A stretch of 64,000 nt of DNA. Source: Gammaproteobacteria bacterium. Its GTDB lineage: Bacteria; Pseudomonadota; Gammaproteobacteria; Eutrophobiales; Eutrophobiaceae. Position numbers and translations under genes: made by a program. Within the stretch, counting starts at the first letter, position 1; the number at the start of each line of letters is the position of its first letter. The stretch is taken from the NCBI GenBank assembly GCA_041689615.1, contig JBDNFW010000044.1, forward strand, positions 29,289 through 93,288, given 5' to 3'. The notes beneath the pieces were generated by a model. It worked only from the letters and a program-made list of their open reading frames with translations. It was not told the DNA's origin and did not search any database. Below, one piece after another: positions 39,897 to 50,509 of the stretch.

Positions 39897-40919
39897 ATGA
39901 ATATCCAAACAGCAATTAACGAAGTGATCAGCGGCAATAATTTAAGCCGCGCTGATATGCATGTGGTTATGAAAACTATTATGCAAGGTGAAGCTACGCC
40001 GGCACAAATTGGTGGCTTATTGGTTGCTCTACGTTTAAAAGGCGAAAGTGTTGATGAAATTACAGCAGCCGCTGAAGTAATGCGCGAACTTGCTGAAAAA
40101 GTAAACGTTGATAAAACAAATTTGGTTGATACTTGTGGTACTGGTGGTGATGGTGCCAATACATTTAATATCTCAACCACATCTGCATTTGTTGTTGCTG
40201 CCTCAGGTGCCAAAGTTGCTAAACACGGTAACCGTTCTGTTTCGAGTAAATCCGGTAGTGCTGATGTATTGGAAGCAGCGGGTGTTAATCTGGAATTAAA
40301 TGCTGAACAGGTTGTAAGTTGTATTGAGAATGTTGGCATCGGTTTTATGTTTGCGCCGATGCATCACAGTGCCATGAAACATGCGATTGGCCCTCGTCGT
40401 GAACTCGGTATTCGTACTTTATTTAATGTACTCGGGCCACTTACTAATCCTGCCGGTGCGCCTAACCAAGTGATTGGTGTGTTTAGTAACGATTGGCTTA
40501 ATCCGCTTGCTGAAACGTTAAAACAACTCGGTAGTGAACATGTATTAGTGGTTCATGCCGCAGATGGTCTTGATGAAATCAGTATTTCAGCAAAGACCTA
40601 TATCGCAGAATTAAAAGATGGGCAAATCAATAACTATGAAATCAGTCCTGTCGATTTCGATATGGAACTACAAGATATCTCAACATTAGCAGTTAATGGT
40701 GTTGATGATAGTTTAAATAGAATGCTATCTGTATTAGATAGTACCGATGGAGCAGCAAAAGATATTGTTTGCCTTAATGCCGGCGCTGCCATTTATGCCG
40801 CTGGTCTTGCCGATTCAATTAAAGACGGTGTATCTAAAGCGATTTCAAATATCGAATCAGGCGCTGCAAAACAAAAGCTCGAACAACTTATACAACATAG
40901 CCAATCATTTAAAGCCTAG
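39897..40919 (+). CDS. trpD: anthranilate phosphoribosyltransferase
   Basis: DTCGTGGDG motif; [15 protein letters not shown]. Confidence 0.92.
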   Translation: MNIQTAINEVISGNNLSRADMHVVMKTIMQGEATPAQIGGLLVALRLKGESVDEITAAAEVMRELAEKVNVDKTNLVDTCGTGGDGANTFNISTTSAFVVAASGAKVAKHGNRSVSSKSGSADVLEAAGVNLELNAEQVVSCIENVGIGFMFAPMHHSAMKHAIGPRRELGIRTLFNVLGPLTNPAGAPNQVIGVFSNDWLNPLAETLKQLGSEHVLVVHAADGLDEISISAKTYIAELKDGQINNYEISPVDFDMELQDISTLAVNGVDDSLNRMLSVLDSTDGAAKDIVCLNAGAAIYAAGLADSIKDGVSKAISNIESGAAKQKLEQLIQHSQSFKA

Positions 40920-40923
40920 TCTT

Positions 40924-41730
40924 ATGCAAGAAAATACACCTGATATATTAAAAAACATTCTTACTTATAAAGCAGAATACGTTGCTCATTGCAAAAGAAG
41001 TATCTCGGTTAAAGAAATGCAACATCGTGCGGAAGATTGTGAATCAAAATATGGCTTTACTGATTCATTGCTTAGAACAATCGAAGAAGGCAAGCCTGGT
41101 ATTATTGCTGAAATAAAAAAAGCATCGCCAAGTAAAGGTATCATTCGTGAGAACTTCAAACCGAAAGAAATTGCCAAAAGTTATGATAAGGCTGGAGCTT
41201 GTTGTTTATCCGTATTAACTGATATTCAATTCTTTCAAGGATCAGATGATTATTTAAAACAAGCACGCACGGCTTGCGAGTTACCAATCATACGCAAAGA
41301 TTTTATGATTGATCCTTATCAAATATATGAAGCAAAAGTCATTGGTGCAGATGCCATTTTGATTATTGTCTCAGCCTTATCCGATATGCAGATGCAGGAT
41401 CTGGTCGGTGTTTCGAATGAAATTGGTCTGGATGTTTTGGTCGAAGTGCATGATCGCGAAGAACTGGAACGTGGTATGATGTTGCGCACACCTCTAATAG
41501 GTATCAACAACCGAAATCTACATACTTTTGATACAGATCTCGAAACAACATTAAGCCTATTGGTAGACGTTTTTCATGATCGTACTGTTGTTACCGAAAG
41601 CGGAATACACACTCAGGACGACGTTAAATTAATGCGTAAAAATAATGTAAATGCATTCCTTGTTGGTGAAGCATTTATGAAAGCAAAAGATCCAGGCGAA
41701 GAACTGAAGAATCTATTTTTCTCGGATTAA
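40924..41730 (+). CDS. trpC: indole-3-glycerol-phosphate synthase (monofunctional)
   Basis: [16 protein letters not shown] and INNRNL motifs. The start at MQENTPDIL lies 4 nt after the trpD stop. Confidence 0.9.
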   Translation: MQENTPDILKNILTYKAEYVAHCKRSISVKEMQHRAEDCESKYGFTDSLLRTIEEGKPGIIAEIKKASPSKGIIRENFKPKEIAKSYDKAGACCLSVLTDIQFFQGSDDYLKQARTACELPIIRKDFMIDPYQIYEAKVIGADAILIIVSALSDMQMQDLVGVSNEIGLDVLVEVHDREELERGMMLRTPLIGINNRNLHTFDTDLETTLSLLVDVFHDRTVVTESGIHTQDDVKLMRKNNVNAFLVGEAFMKAKDPGEELKNLFFSD

Positions 41731-41761
41731 TTCAACACTTACCTATGCAGGAGTTACTTCT

Positions 41762-42646
41762 ATGTTTACTCGTAAAATTGACATTATATTAAGCACACTA
41801 CTCTCATTATTATTATTTAATTCAGCTATTGCTGATGCGGAAACTTTAGAACTTTCCTGGGAACTAGACGGTCTTTCTAATCCAGAGTCTGTTGTCTACG
41901 ATCCACAATTGAATATTCTTTTCGTTTCTAATGTCAATGGTGGGCCGAATGATAAAGACAACAACGGTTTCATTTCTATTGTTTCAATCAACGGTAATAT
42001 GTTGAACGAAAAATGGGTTGAAGGATTAAATGCTCCTAAAGGACTCGCTCTACATGATCGCACACTTTACGTTGCCGATATTGATGAGCTTGTTGCTATT
42101 GATGTTGAGCATGGACGTATTACCAATCGATACAAAGTCGATGATGCAAAATTTTTAAATGATGTTACTGCTGCAGATAACGGCGATGTTTATGTTTCGG
42201 ATATGGTGTTAAATCGTATTCACAAATTAAACGGAGATGATTTTCAAATCTGGATTGAGTCAGAAGAACTTGAAAACCCGAATGGTCTACACTTCACTGA
42301 AGACGATATTATTGTTGGTAGTTGGGGCAAGATGACAGATGGTTTTGCTACTGAAGTTGCCGGACATTTAAAACGTATTTCTATTAACACTAAAAATATT
42401 TCACCTATTGGCGATGGTTCTCCTGTCGGAAATCTGGATGGCGTTGAAGGTAGTGATGAAACTGGTTTCTATGTTACCGATTGGTTAAACGGCGGACTTT
42501 TTTATATTGAAGCTAACGGTAACACGACAAAATTACTGGAACTCAGTCAAGGAAGTGCCGATCATGAGTTAATCAAAAAGAAAAACATGATCCTGATCCC
42601 GATGATGAAAGACAATAAACTTTTATCTTACAAGATAATTAATTAA
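41762..42646 (+). CDS. secreted beta-propeller protein (SMP-30/gluconolactonase/LRE-like, tentative)
   Basis: signal peptide; repeated NPES/NAPKG/NPNG blade-like segments. Confidence 0.45.
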   Translation: MFTRKIDIILSTLLSLLLFNSAIADAETLELSWELDGLSNPESVVYDPQLNILFVSNVNGGPNDKDNNGFISIVSINGNMLNEKWVEGLNAPKGLALHDRTLYVADIDELVAIDVEHGRITNRYKVDDAKFLNDVTAADNGDVYVSDMVLNRIHKLNGDDFQIWIESEELENPNGLHFTEDDIIVGSWGKMTDGFATEVAGHLKRISINTKNISPIGDGSPVGNLDGVEGSDETGFYVTDWLNGGLFYIEANGNTTKLLELSQGSADHELIKKKNMILIPMMKDNKLLSYKIIN

Positions 42647-42677
42647 ATCATTAGGTTACTTAATACCAAGAGGAAAA

Positions 42678-43301
42678 ATGAAAACTTTAACTAAAGAAGC
42701 ACAAGATGCCATTACACCTGAAATAGCATTTAATTTATTAGTAGAAGGCAATAAACGCTTTATTAACAACTTGAAAGCAAACCGTAATTTATTACAACAA
42801 GCAAATGAAACTTCAGATGGACAACATCCCTTCGCCATAATACTAAGTTGTATAGATTCACGAACTTCTGCTGAGTTAATTTTTGATCAAGGCTTAGGCG
42901 ATATATTTAGTGTGCGTATAGCCGGAAATATTATCAACGAAGATATTTTAGGAAGCATGGAATTTGCCTGCAAAGTAGCTGGCTCTAAAATAGTTATTGT
43001 ATTGGGTCATTCTCAATGTGGTGCCGTTAAAGGTGCGTGCGATCATATTGAAATGGGAAACCTGACTGCCTTACTTTCAAAAATACGTCCTGCAGTTGAA
43101 GATGAAACAACAGTACTAGAAAATCGAAATTCAACAAATCCCGAATTTGTTGAAAAAGTGACTCTCATCAATGTAAACCGAGTAATGAAAAGCATTATAG
43201 AAAGAAGTCCGATTTTAAAGGAAATGAACGAAAAAAATGAAATACAGATTATTGGTGGTGTTCATGATTTGTTTACCGGAAAAGTAACTTTCAGCGTTTA
43301 A
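42678..43301 (+). CDS. can: beta-class carbonic anhydrase
   Basis: SCIDSR..., GHSQCGAV zinc-ligand motifs. Confidence 0.9.
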   Translation: MKTLTKEAQDAITPEIAFNLLVEGNKRFINNLKANRNLLQQANETSDGQHPFAIILSCIDSRTSAELIFDQGLGDIFSVRIAGNIINEDILGSMEFACKVAGSKIVIVLGHSQCGAVKGACDHIEMGNLTALLSKIRPAVEDETTVLENRNSTNPEFVEKVTLINVNRVMKSIIERSPILKEMNEKNEIQIIGGVHDLFTGKVTFSV

Positions 43302-43325
43302 TAACGCTACTTTTTTCTAACAAAT

Positions 43326-43357
43326 GCATCAGGCCCAACAAAGTGTAGGTCTGATGC
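43326..43357. repeat. REP-like palindrome
   Basis: GCATCAGGCC..GGTCTGATGC, with GTGTAGGTCTGATGCG resembling enterobacterial REP (GCCTGATGCG / TGTAGGCCTGAT). Confidence 0.5.
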
Positions 43358-43532
43358 GTTTGATGCCTAAAAAGATACAACCGTTTTTCTTAAAGGTTTA
43401 TCCCTCGTTTTTTAACTTCTTCTGGTCAAGTCTTATTCCAAATTAGACTAATCATAGTATTTAATATTCTTTTTCTGTCGAATGACTTGTTGATAACGTG
43501 CGCTGCCCTTATCCCACGGACTTTAAAACTAT

Positions 43533-44510
43533 ATGAAATTTCGCAACCTTGACCTTTCGAACAACCCTATTAACCAGGAACATCTGGAAATAGGAATACC
43601 CCTTGTTGAGGAATCCGTTACCCATTCAGAGGAACATCCTATATTGAATATGGCTATGTGGTTGGCTTTATTTTTACTAACCGCCACATTAATCTACTTT
43701 TGCTATCGCCTGTTATCCGGCAACGGTGTTATCGGTACAAAACAGATTATTGTTGAAGCATTAGCCAGCGACGTATTCTGGTGGTCTTTACTGGTCGGAT
43801 TAATAGCACAGATTATCGATGGCGCACTGGGGATGGCGTATGGGATTACCGCCACAACATTTTTACTGGCGACAGGATTGAGTCCGGCGATAGCCAGCGC
43901 CAGTGTTCATATTGCTGAAGTTTTTACCACAGGTGTTTCAGGAATATCACATGTCAAACTTGGTAACGTCAACAAGACCCTCTTTTTAAAACTGCTCTTT
44001 CCGGGGATACTCGGCGCGGTAATAGGTGCCTACATATTAACGTCCGTAGATGGTAATTTTATAAAGCCATTTATTTCTCTTTACTTGTTAATTATGGGTT
44101 TTTATCTCCTCAGCAAAGTATTTCTAAAAATATATAAACATAAACATGAGATAAAACATGTTGCCAAGCTAGGGTTCTTTGGAGGTTTGGTAGATACTCT
44201 AGGTGGAGGTGGATGGGGTCCAGTCGTAACAACCACATTGATCAGTTCATCCAGTAATCCACGTTTAACTATCGGCACAGTAAATTTTGTTGAATTTTTT
44301 CTGACGTTTGCCAGTGCTATAGCATTTTTACTTTTAATTGGTGACGTACCATGGGTTGTTGTCTCTGGCCTTGTCATAGGAGGCGTCTTCGCAGCTCCAT
44401 TTGCAGCAGTTTTATGCAAAAAAGTCCCGGCAAAATTATTAATGGTGCTCGTGGGGATACTGATTATAATTGTCAGTACCTACAATATATATAACACTAT
44501 TTTGACCTAA
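43533..44510 (+). CDS. TauE/SafE-family anion exporter (DUF81)
   Basis: duplicated 4-TM halves; Gly-rich GGLVDTLGGGGWGP loop. Confidence 0.75.
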   Translation: MKFRNLDLSNNPINQEHLEIGIPLVEESVTHSEEHPILNMAMWLALFLLTATLIYFCYRLLSGNGVIGTKQIIVEALASDVFWWSLLVGLIAQIIDGALGMAYGITATTFLLATGLSPAIASASVHIAEVFTTGVSGISHVKLGNVNKTLFLKLLFPGILGAVIGAYILTSVDGNFIKPFISLYLLIMGFYLLSKVFLKIYKHKHEIKHVAKLGFFGGLVDTLGGGGWGPVVTTTLISSSSNPRLTIGTVNFVEFFLTFASAIAFLLLIGDVPWVVVSGLVIGGVFAAPFAAVLCKKVPAKLLMVLVGILIIIVSTYNIYNTILT

Positions 44511-44573
44511 CAATACCATTGTTTCGATCAAAGGTAATATTCTAAAACTAAGAACAAATATTCAATTTTTATT

Positions 44574-45278
44574 ATGCAAAAAAAGTATTTAGGTTTTGAT
44601 ATAGAAACCGCCAAAATTCTTCCTGATGATTTTGGCGATCTACATGATCATCGTCCACTAGGAATTAGTTGCGCTGCTGTCTGGTGTGAAGATAAAGGAC
44701 AAGCTGAAGTGTTTTATACCAAAGAGACAAGCGGCAATGCCGCTGAAAAAATGAGCATTAACGACTTATCACAATTGGTTGACTTCCTTATTGAGAAAAC
44801 CAAACAAGGCTATACCATCGTCACGCATAACGGTCTTGGTTTTGACTTTGATCTTCTTGGAGAAGAATCAGGAAGACTTGATGATTGTCGTGACCTTGCT
44901 TTAAATCATATCGACATGATGTTTCATTTCTTTTGTGGCAAAGGTTTTGCCATTGGACTAAATGCTGCTGCAAAATCAATTGGCATTAGTAAACCAGAAG
45001 ACATAGATGGATCGGTCGCACCTAAGTTATGGAAAGAAGGACATCATAAACAAGTGTTGGATTATGTTTCTCAGGACTGTCGTTTAACTTTGGATGTCGC
45101 CTTGACTAGCGAAAAGAATAAGAAAATAACATGGATCACTCGTAAAGGTTCAACTTCTTATTTTTCAATTCCAGCAGGTTGGTTACCAGTGATTGAAGCA
45201 ATGGAACTACCCTTGCCAGATACCTCATGGATGGACAATGCGTGGGAAAGATCAAAATTTACAGGATGGTTAAAATAA
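44574..45278 (+). CDS. stand-alone DEDDy 3'-5' exonuclease related to the PolB exonuclease domain
   Basis: ExoI FDIET, ExoII HNGLGFDFDLL, ExoIII YVSQDCRLT. Confidence 0.7.
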   Translation: MQKKYLGFDIETAKILPDDFGDLHDHRPLGISCAAVWCEDKGQAEVFYTKETSGNAAEKMSINDLSQLVDFLIEKTKQGYTIVTHNGLGFDFDLLGEESGRLDDCRDLALNHIDMMFHFFCGKGFAIGLNAAAKSIGISKPEDIDGSVAPKLWKEGHHKQVLDYVSQDCRLTLDVALTSEKNKKITWITRKGSTSYFSIPAGWLPVIEAMELPLPDTSWMDNAWERSKFTGWLK

Positions 45279-45485
45279 ACTGTTTTATTTTTTTAGCCAT
45301 TATTTTTCAACTTTTTCTTCTCGCCGCTTAAGCACTTTTCCATTTTAAGTAAAAACTGCTGCTTGGCAAAAGCATGATTTTGCCTGTATTTTTTAAACCG
45401 TGAAAATTCATTCGTTCCTAAGTCCTGAGCAACGTGTTAGCTTGCTTCTCCATCCTTTGGTGGAATACTACAAAAGGAAACAAAA

Positions 45486-46295
45486 ATGAAGCTCAAGGTC
45501 GGCTATGAATTGATCTACGACTGTCCGCAGCCGACACCGATGATATTGACTTTACATATCCATTCGACACGTGTTTCCGACATTATTATTCCTGATCATC
45601 TGATTACTAAACCATCCATACCTATCACTGCTTATCGAGATAACTTCGGTAACTGGTGCAGTAGAATTGTCGCGCCAAAAGGAGAAATACAACTTTCTAC
45701 CGATGCGCTAATTAACGACACAGGTGAACCGGACGTTATCGCTAACTCGGCGCATCAATATTTAGTACAGGATCTTCCTGAAGAAACATTGGTATATCTT
45801 TTGGGAAGTCGATATTGCGAAACTGATTTGCTTTCTGACATTGCTTGGCGAGAGTTCGGTAATTCACCCATGGGTTGGGATCGTGTTCAGGCTATTTGTG
45901 ATTTCGTCCATCAACATATTACTTTTGGTTATGAACATGCCCGCTTTACCAAGACAGCCTGGGAAACTTATAATGAAGGCAATGGTGTTTGTCGTGATTA
46001 TACTCATCTCGCTATCGCATTCTGCCGTTGTATGAATATCCCGGCACGCTACTGTACCGGTTACTTAAGTGATATCGGTACCCCACCTCCCTACGGTCCG
46101 AATGATTTTGCTGCCTGGTTCGAAGTCTATCTTGGCGGACAGTGGTTTACCTTTGATACTCGATTCAACGCACCACGTATTGGCCGAGTGCTGATTGCAC
46201 GTGGTCGCGACGCCGCTGATGTCGCAATCAGTAATACTTTTGGTCCTAATACACTAAAAAGTTTCAAGGTTTGGTCTGATGGGGTAAATGAATGA
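45486..46295 (+). CDS. transglutaminase-like family protein (Bact_transglu_N + core)
   Basis: GVCRDYTHL catalytic-Cys region; typical N-terminus MKLKVGYELIYDCPQPTP. Confidence 0.85.
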   Translation: MKLKVGYELIYDCPQPTPMILTLHIHSTRVSDIIIPDHLITKPSIPITAYRDNFGNWCSRIVAPKGEIQLSTDALINDTGEPDVIANSAHQYLVQDLPEETLVYLLGSRYCETDLLSDIAWREFGNSPMGWDRVQAICDFVHQHITFGYEHARFTKTAWETYNEGNGVCRDYTHLAIAFCRCMNIPARYCTGYLSDIGTPPPYGPNDFAAWFEVYLGGQWFTFDTRFNAPRIGRVLIARGRDAADVAISNTFGPNTLKSFKVWSDGVNE

Positions 46296-46525
46296 TGATA
46301 GATAAACTTGATAGAAAAGAACTCATTAATCTTGTTCAGGAAATCATGAACAATAAAGTATCAGAACAGGAGGTGTATAAACTGATACACTTGCTTAAGG
46401 TCAATGTTGCTGATCCAAATGTTACCGATTACATCTACTGGTTTGAACCTGCGTTAACCGCTGAAAAAGTTATTGATAAGGCACTTGCCTATAAACCATC
46501 ACAAAATTACAGGACAACATTATAA
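46292..46525 (+). CDS. colicin/pyocin-type (Im-like) immunity protein homologue, orphan
   Basis: KELINLVQEI...VYKLIHLLKVNVADPNVTDYIYWFE aligns by eye with the Im7/Im9 pattern EF..L...I....L..HF...T.HP.G.DLIYYP. It overlaps the upstream stop (ATGA). Confidence 0.6.
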   Translation: MMIDKLDRKELINLVQEIMNNKVSEQEVYKLIHLLKVNVADPNVTDYIYWFEPALTAEKVIDKALAYKPSQNYRTTL

Positions 46526-46559
46526 TTACGTTTACTGATAGAACATAGTTATCAGAAAA

Positions 46560-47246
46560 ATGAATATTATTATTAGCTGTGAACATGGTGGAAACAGGAT
46601 CCCCAAAAAATATTTATCCTTATTCAAAAATAAAAAGCGGATATTGAATAGTCATAGAGGATGGGATATCGGTGCATTAATCCTGGCAAAAACCGTGTCG
46701 AAAAATACGCATTCACCTTTATATTTTTCGGATGTATCCCGTTTACTTATTGATCTTAATCGATCCTTAAACCACCCGAAGCTCTTTTCTGAATTTAGCA
46801 AGTCATACGATAAAACTATTCGTCAGGAAATAGTTAATGAATTTTATATTCCCTATCGTAAAAAAATTGAAACTCATATTAAAAATGCGAATAACAAATC
46901 ACCAATTATTCATTTATCTATTCATTCGTTTACACCGAAGCTGAATAATATAATACGCCATGCGGATATTGGTTTATTGTATGATCCGACTAGAAAAACA
47001 GAAAAAGAATTTTGCAACAAACTTCGAGTTACACTAAAAAATAATTTTCCTGATCTTATTATTCGCAGTAACTATCCGTACAAAGGAAGTGCAGATGGCC
47101 TTACTACTTATCTAAGAAAACAGTTTAATGAAAAAAGTTATTCTGGAATTGAAATTGAGATAAACCAGAAACATATTATAAAAAATAATCCGATCTGGTT
47201 GATGATAAAAAATAATCTGGGTAAATCTTTAATAAATAACGTCTAA
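46560..47246 (+). CDS. N-formylglutamate amidohydrolase-family protein
   Basis: IISCEHGGNRIP N-terminus and LSIHSFTP motif. Confidence 0.75.
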   Translation: MNIIISCEHGGNRIPKKYLSLFKNKKRILNSHRGWDIGALILAKTVSKNTHSPLYFSDVSRLLIDLNRSLNHPKLFSEFSKSYDKTIRQEIVNEFYIPYRKKIETHIKNANNKSPIIHLSIHSFTPKLNNIIRHADIGLLYDPTRKTEKEFCNKLRVTLKNNFPDLIIRSNYPYKGSADGLTTYLRKQFNEKSYSGIEIEINQKHIIKNNPIWLMIKNNLGKSLINNV

Positions 47247-47279
47247 TGACAATACAATGGACCTGGCTTATTCACCGAT

Positions 47280-47444
47280 TCATTTCGCCGCATTATCTTT
47301 TATCTTCCTGACTTTCTCTTCCCATCGCTTTAAAGCTTTTTCGTAGTATACATATACGCAATTTTCGCAAGCACGATTACAACACTCTGACGGATCAGGT
47401 TTGACTGGTTTTTTAGGTAATTCAATTACTTTTTGTTTACTCAT
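47280..47444 (-). CDS. small Cys-rich oxidoreductase-like-domain protein (54 aa; below the ORF-track cutoff)
   Basis: my translation: MSKQKVIELPKKPVKPDPSECCNRACENCVYVYYEKALKRWEEKVRKIKDNAAK (P.P..CC...C..CV...Y pattern). Confidence 0.6.
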   Translation of the reverse strand: MSKQKVIELPKKPVKPDPSECCNRACENCVYVYYEKALKRWEEKVRKIKDNAAK

Positions 47445-47450
47445 TAATAT

Positions 47451-47867
47451 TTAACTTCTGGCAAACAATTGTTCACGATCCTTGAATGATTTAAATTCAA
47501 GTGCGTTGCCACTGGGGTCAGTTATAAAAAAGGTTGCTTGCTCTCCAACCTCATTTTTAAATCTTATTGTTGGTTTAATTAAATAATTCACTTCTTTTTT
47601 ATTTAGCTGTTCTACCATTTCATGCCATGCATTCCATTCTAGTACCAAACCAAAATGTCGTGCAGGAACAGTTTCACCATCGACCGGGTTTGTTGGAATG
47701 TTTTCTAATGCTTCTACCAGATGTGCTGAAATTTGATGGCCAAAGAAATTGAAATCGATCCAGCGTTTTGCTTCACGACCGACGGAACAACCGATTATCT
47801 CGGTATAAAAAACACGCGTTGATTCAATATCTGTAACAGGAAAAGCGATATGAAAAGGTGAATCCAT
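47451..47867 (-). CDS. VOC/glyoxalase-family protein
   Basis: [17 protein letters not shown]...; paired beta-alpha-beta-beta-beta module length. Confidence 0.75.
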   Translation of the reverse strand: MDSPFHIAFPVTDIESTRVFYTEIIGCSVGREAKRWIDFNFFGHQISAHLVEALENIPTNPVDGETVPARHFGLVLEWNAWHEMVEQLNKKEVNYLIKPTIRFKNEVGEQATFFITDPSGNALEFKSFKDREQLFARS

Positions 47868-47896
47868 AATAACAACCTATTTTAATACTTAAACTA

Positions 47897-48023
47897 TCCT
47901 AGAAAATAGGATTTTTTTGTGAGAGCGAGGAAGTGCCGCGCGCAGAACCGGAGTGTATAAGTCATACATGAGGATTCGAGCACGGAACTGACGAAGCTAT
48001 CGCGGAAAAAGACATTTTCTAGA
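47897..48023 (-). repeat. MITE-like element, copy D (short form)
   Basis: TCCTAGAAAATAGGATTTTTTTGTGAGAGCGAGGAAG...GCGGAAAAAGACATTTTCTAGA is the reverse complement of the family core. Confidence 0.9.
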
Positions 48024-49115
48024 CTACACATTAAAGCGAAATAAAATAATATCTCCGTCACTAACAATATATTCCTTTCCTTCCGAACGCCATTTACCAG
48101 CTTCCTTTGCGCCATGTTCTCCTTTGCATTCAATATAGTCATTAAAAGCAACAACTTCAGCGCGAATAAAGCCACGTTCAAAATCAGTATGAATCACTGC
48201 TGCTGCTTTGGGGGCAGTTGCTCCTATTGCAATAGTCCATGCACGCACTTCTTTTGGTCCTACTGTAAAATACGTTTGTAAACTAAGCAATTTATAGCCG
48301 GCACGAATGATACGATTAAGTCCCGGCTCTGCCATGCCTAATGCATCCAGAAATTCTTGTTTTTCTTCATCATCTAATTGAGATACTTCTGCTTCAATTG
48401 CTGCACAGACTGGAATCATCTGCGCGCCTTCTTTATCGGCAAGAGCCTGTAATTTTTCTAACCATGGATTTGACTCCATACCAGCTTCTTCAACATTGGC
48501 AATATATAAGGTGGGTTTTAGTGTAAGCAGTTGTAAGTGTTTAATTGCTTCTAAATCGTCTTCAGATAATTCCATCGAACGTACTGGCAAGCCTTGATCA
48601 AGATGCGCCATAATCGCTTCGAGTTGTTGCTCTTCTTGCTTCGCTGTTTTATCGCCGCTTCGACTTAACTTGGCCGCTTTCAATAATGCTTTACTTATTG
48701 TTTCCTGATCAGCAAGACAAAGCTCCGTATTTATCACTTCTATATCGGAAAGCGGATCAACTTTACCCGCAACATGCACAATATTATCATCATCAAAACA
48801 ACGTACGACCTGTGCAATAGCATGTGTTTCACGAATATTAGCCAGAAATTTATTTCCCAGTCCTTCACCTTTTGATGCGCCTTCAACCAAGCCGGCAATA
48901 TCAACAAATTCCATTGTGGTTGGAACTACTCTTTGTGGATTTGCGATATCGGCTAATTGTTGTAGTCGTGGATCTGGCATAGCAACAATACCAACATGAG
49001 GATCGATGGTACAGAAAGGATAGTTCTCTGCATCTATCGCTGAGTTGGTTAGTGCATTAAAGAGAGTTGATTTACCTACATTTGGTAAACCAACAATGCC
49101 ACATTTAAATCCCAT
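48024..49115 (-). CDS. ychF: ribosome-binding ATPase YchF
   Basis: [12 protein letters not shown]; C-terminal TGS-like domain. Confidence 0.93.
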   Translation of the reverse strand: MGFKCGIVGLPNVGKSTLFNALTNSAIDAENYPFCTIDPHVGIVAMPDPRLQQLADIANPQRVVPTTMEFVDIAGLVEGASKGEGLGNKFLANIRETHAIAQVVRCFDDDNIVHVAGKVDPLSDIEVINTELCLADQETISKALLKAAKLSRSGDKTAKQEEQQLEAIMAHLDQGLPVRSMELSEDDLEAIKHLQLLTLKPTLYIANVEEAGMESNPWLEKLQALADKEGAQMIPVCAAIEAEVSQLDDEEKQEFLDALGMAEPGLNRIIRAGYKLLSLQTYFTVGPKEVRAWTIAIGATAPKAAAVIHTDFERGFIRAEVVAFNDYIECKGEHGAKEAGKWRSEGKEYIVSDGDIILFRFNV

Positions 49116-49133
49116 AGATTGAATTCCGTATTA

Positions 49134-49739
49134 TTAAGAGGCTGAATCAGCTTCTGGTTTATTTTTTTTATTCAGTTCAGTCATTAATTTATTAAGATTA
49201 TCTTCAAAAAATTGATCGCTCTTTTCAAGCACAAGAGCAAAAGAGTCTAGTATTTTATTTTCTTCCTCAGCACTGGCGCGACCTAAAACATAGGGCACAA
49301 CTTGATCTTTATTTCCAGGATGACCAACACCAATTCTTAAGCGCAAAAAATCTTTATTACCAGTACGCTGAATAATATCTCTTAAGCCATTATGACCACC
49401 ATGGCCACCACCAACCTTCAAACGTGTCGTGCCGGGCAATAAATCAATTTCATCATGAACTACCATGACTTGTTCCATTGGAATCTTGTAATAACTGCAA
49501 AGAGTTTGCACAGCAGCACCACTGTCATTCATATATGTTTGTGGTTTACATATCCAGCAATCGGTCGAGCCGCTTTGATAACGACACAATTCAGATTGGG
49601 ATTTTTTATCTTGGGAAAAACTTAAAGAGAGTTTATTGGCCAGTGCATCGACAAACCAGAATCCAGCATTATGTCGAGTCATTAAATACTCGGGGCCTGG
49701 ATTACCCAGGCCCACGATCATTTTTACTGGAAGAGACAT
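49134..49739 (-). CDS. pth: peptidyl-tRNA hydrolase
   Basis: GLGNPG...TRHNAGF motif. Confidence 0.93.
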   Translation of the reverse strand: MSLPVKMIVGLGNPGPEYLMTRHNAGFWFVDALANKLSLSFSQDKKSQSELCRYQSGSTDCWICKPQTYMNDSGAAVQTLCSYYKIPMEQVMVVHDEIDLLPGTTRLKVGGGHGGHNGLRDIIQRTGNKDFLRLRIGVGHPGNKDQVVPYVLGRASAEEENKILDSFALVLEKSDQFFEDNLNKLMTELNKKNKPEADSAS

Positions 49740-49757
49740 CGTTTGATGTCAGCGAAG

Positions 49758-50429
49758 CTACTTGCTTTCGCCGTCGTCGTCTTTTGAATCTTCAGCAACA
49801 GCAGCCGCAGCTTCTTCACCTGCAGCATCATCAGCTTCATCAGAAGCGGACACTTTCGGCGTATGTACAGCTACAACAGGTTGATCTTCTTCATTACCAT
49901 GCAAGAGATCAAAAATTTGCACGCCTTCTGGAAGTTTAAGATCTGTAAGATGTATTGTTTCGTCTAAACTGACTTCTAACATGTCGACTTCAATGTATTC
50001 CGGCAAGTCTTTAGGTAGACAAACAACTTCCAGATCTGACATCAAATGACTAATAACTCCGCCTTCGTTCTTAACACCAGTACATTTTTCCTCATTTATA
50101 TAGTGTAAAGGTACGCGCATAGTGAGTTCTTCATTTTCTGTAATGCGTAACAAATCGATATGTAACAAGGTACGTTTGTACGGATGACGTTGCAGATCTT
50201 TTAATACGACCTTTTCGCTATCTTTTCCAACGCTCAGCGTCAGAATGCGTGAATAAAAAGCTTCATTTTCCAGACTATGCATGACTTCATTATGTGCAAG
50301 TAAAATCATCGCAGGATCTTTGTCGGCACCATAAACGATACCAGGTAATTTGCCATCGCGGCGTAGGCGGCGGCTCGCACCCTTCCCTACGTCTTCGCGC
50401 TTTTCGGCAACGAGTTCGAATTGATTCAT
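49758..50429 (-). CDS. rplY: 50S ribosomal protein L25 (Ctc form)
   Basis: RRLRRDGKLPGIVYG; acidic C-terminal tail. Confidence 0.92.
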   Translation of the reverse strand: MNQFELVAEKREDVGKGASRRLRRDGKLPGIVYGADKDPAMILLAHNEVMHSLENEAFYSRILTLSVGKDSEKVVLKDLQRHPYKRTLLHIDLLRITENEELTMRVPLHYINEEKCTGVKNEGGVISHLMSDLEVVCLPKDLPEYIEVDMLEVSLDETIHLTDLKLPEGVQIFDLLHGNEEDQPVVAVHTPKVSASDEADDAAGEEAAAAVAEDSKDDDGESK

Positions 50430-50509
50430 TGTTTTACTACTCCTTACATTTTAAGGGTTTTTGTTTACCCCCCGACCGCGACCAGTCAGGAGAATTTGTG
50501 CAAAATAGG

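Noticed and set aside
39893-40339. 148-aa ORF antisense to trpD. Similar antisense ORFs occur at 58038-58598 (prmC), 19334-19726 (bamB/der), 21602-21994 (antiporter) and 15692-16060 (rodZ).
   Set aside because: All lie fully within, and opposite to, genes with strong motif support. They have low-complexity composition and no RBS or start context.
40747-40923. 59-codon N-terminal extension of the trpC ORF overlapping trpD
   Set aside because: The extension is out of frame within the trpD coding sequence. The conserved TrpC sequence begins at MQENTPDIL (40924).
43326-43357. REP-like palindrome as evidence for a larger BIME-type family
   Set aside because: Only one copy is in the window and the resemblance to enterobacterial REP is short. 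It may just be the carbonic-anhydrase terminator hairpin.
47894-48181. 95-aa ORF overlapping the ychF 3' end and the repeat
   Set aside because: It runs through MITE copy D and then out of frame on the coding strand across the 3' end of the well-supported ychF gene. It has no independent support.
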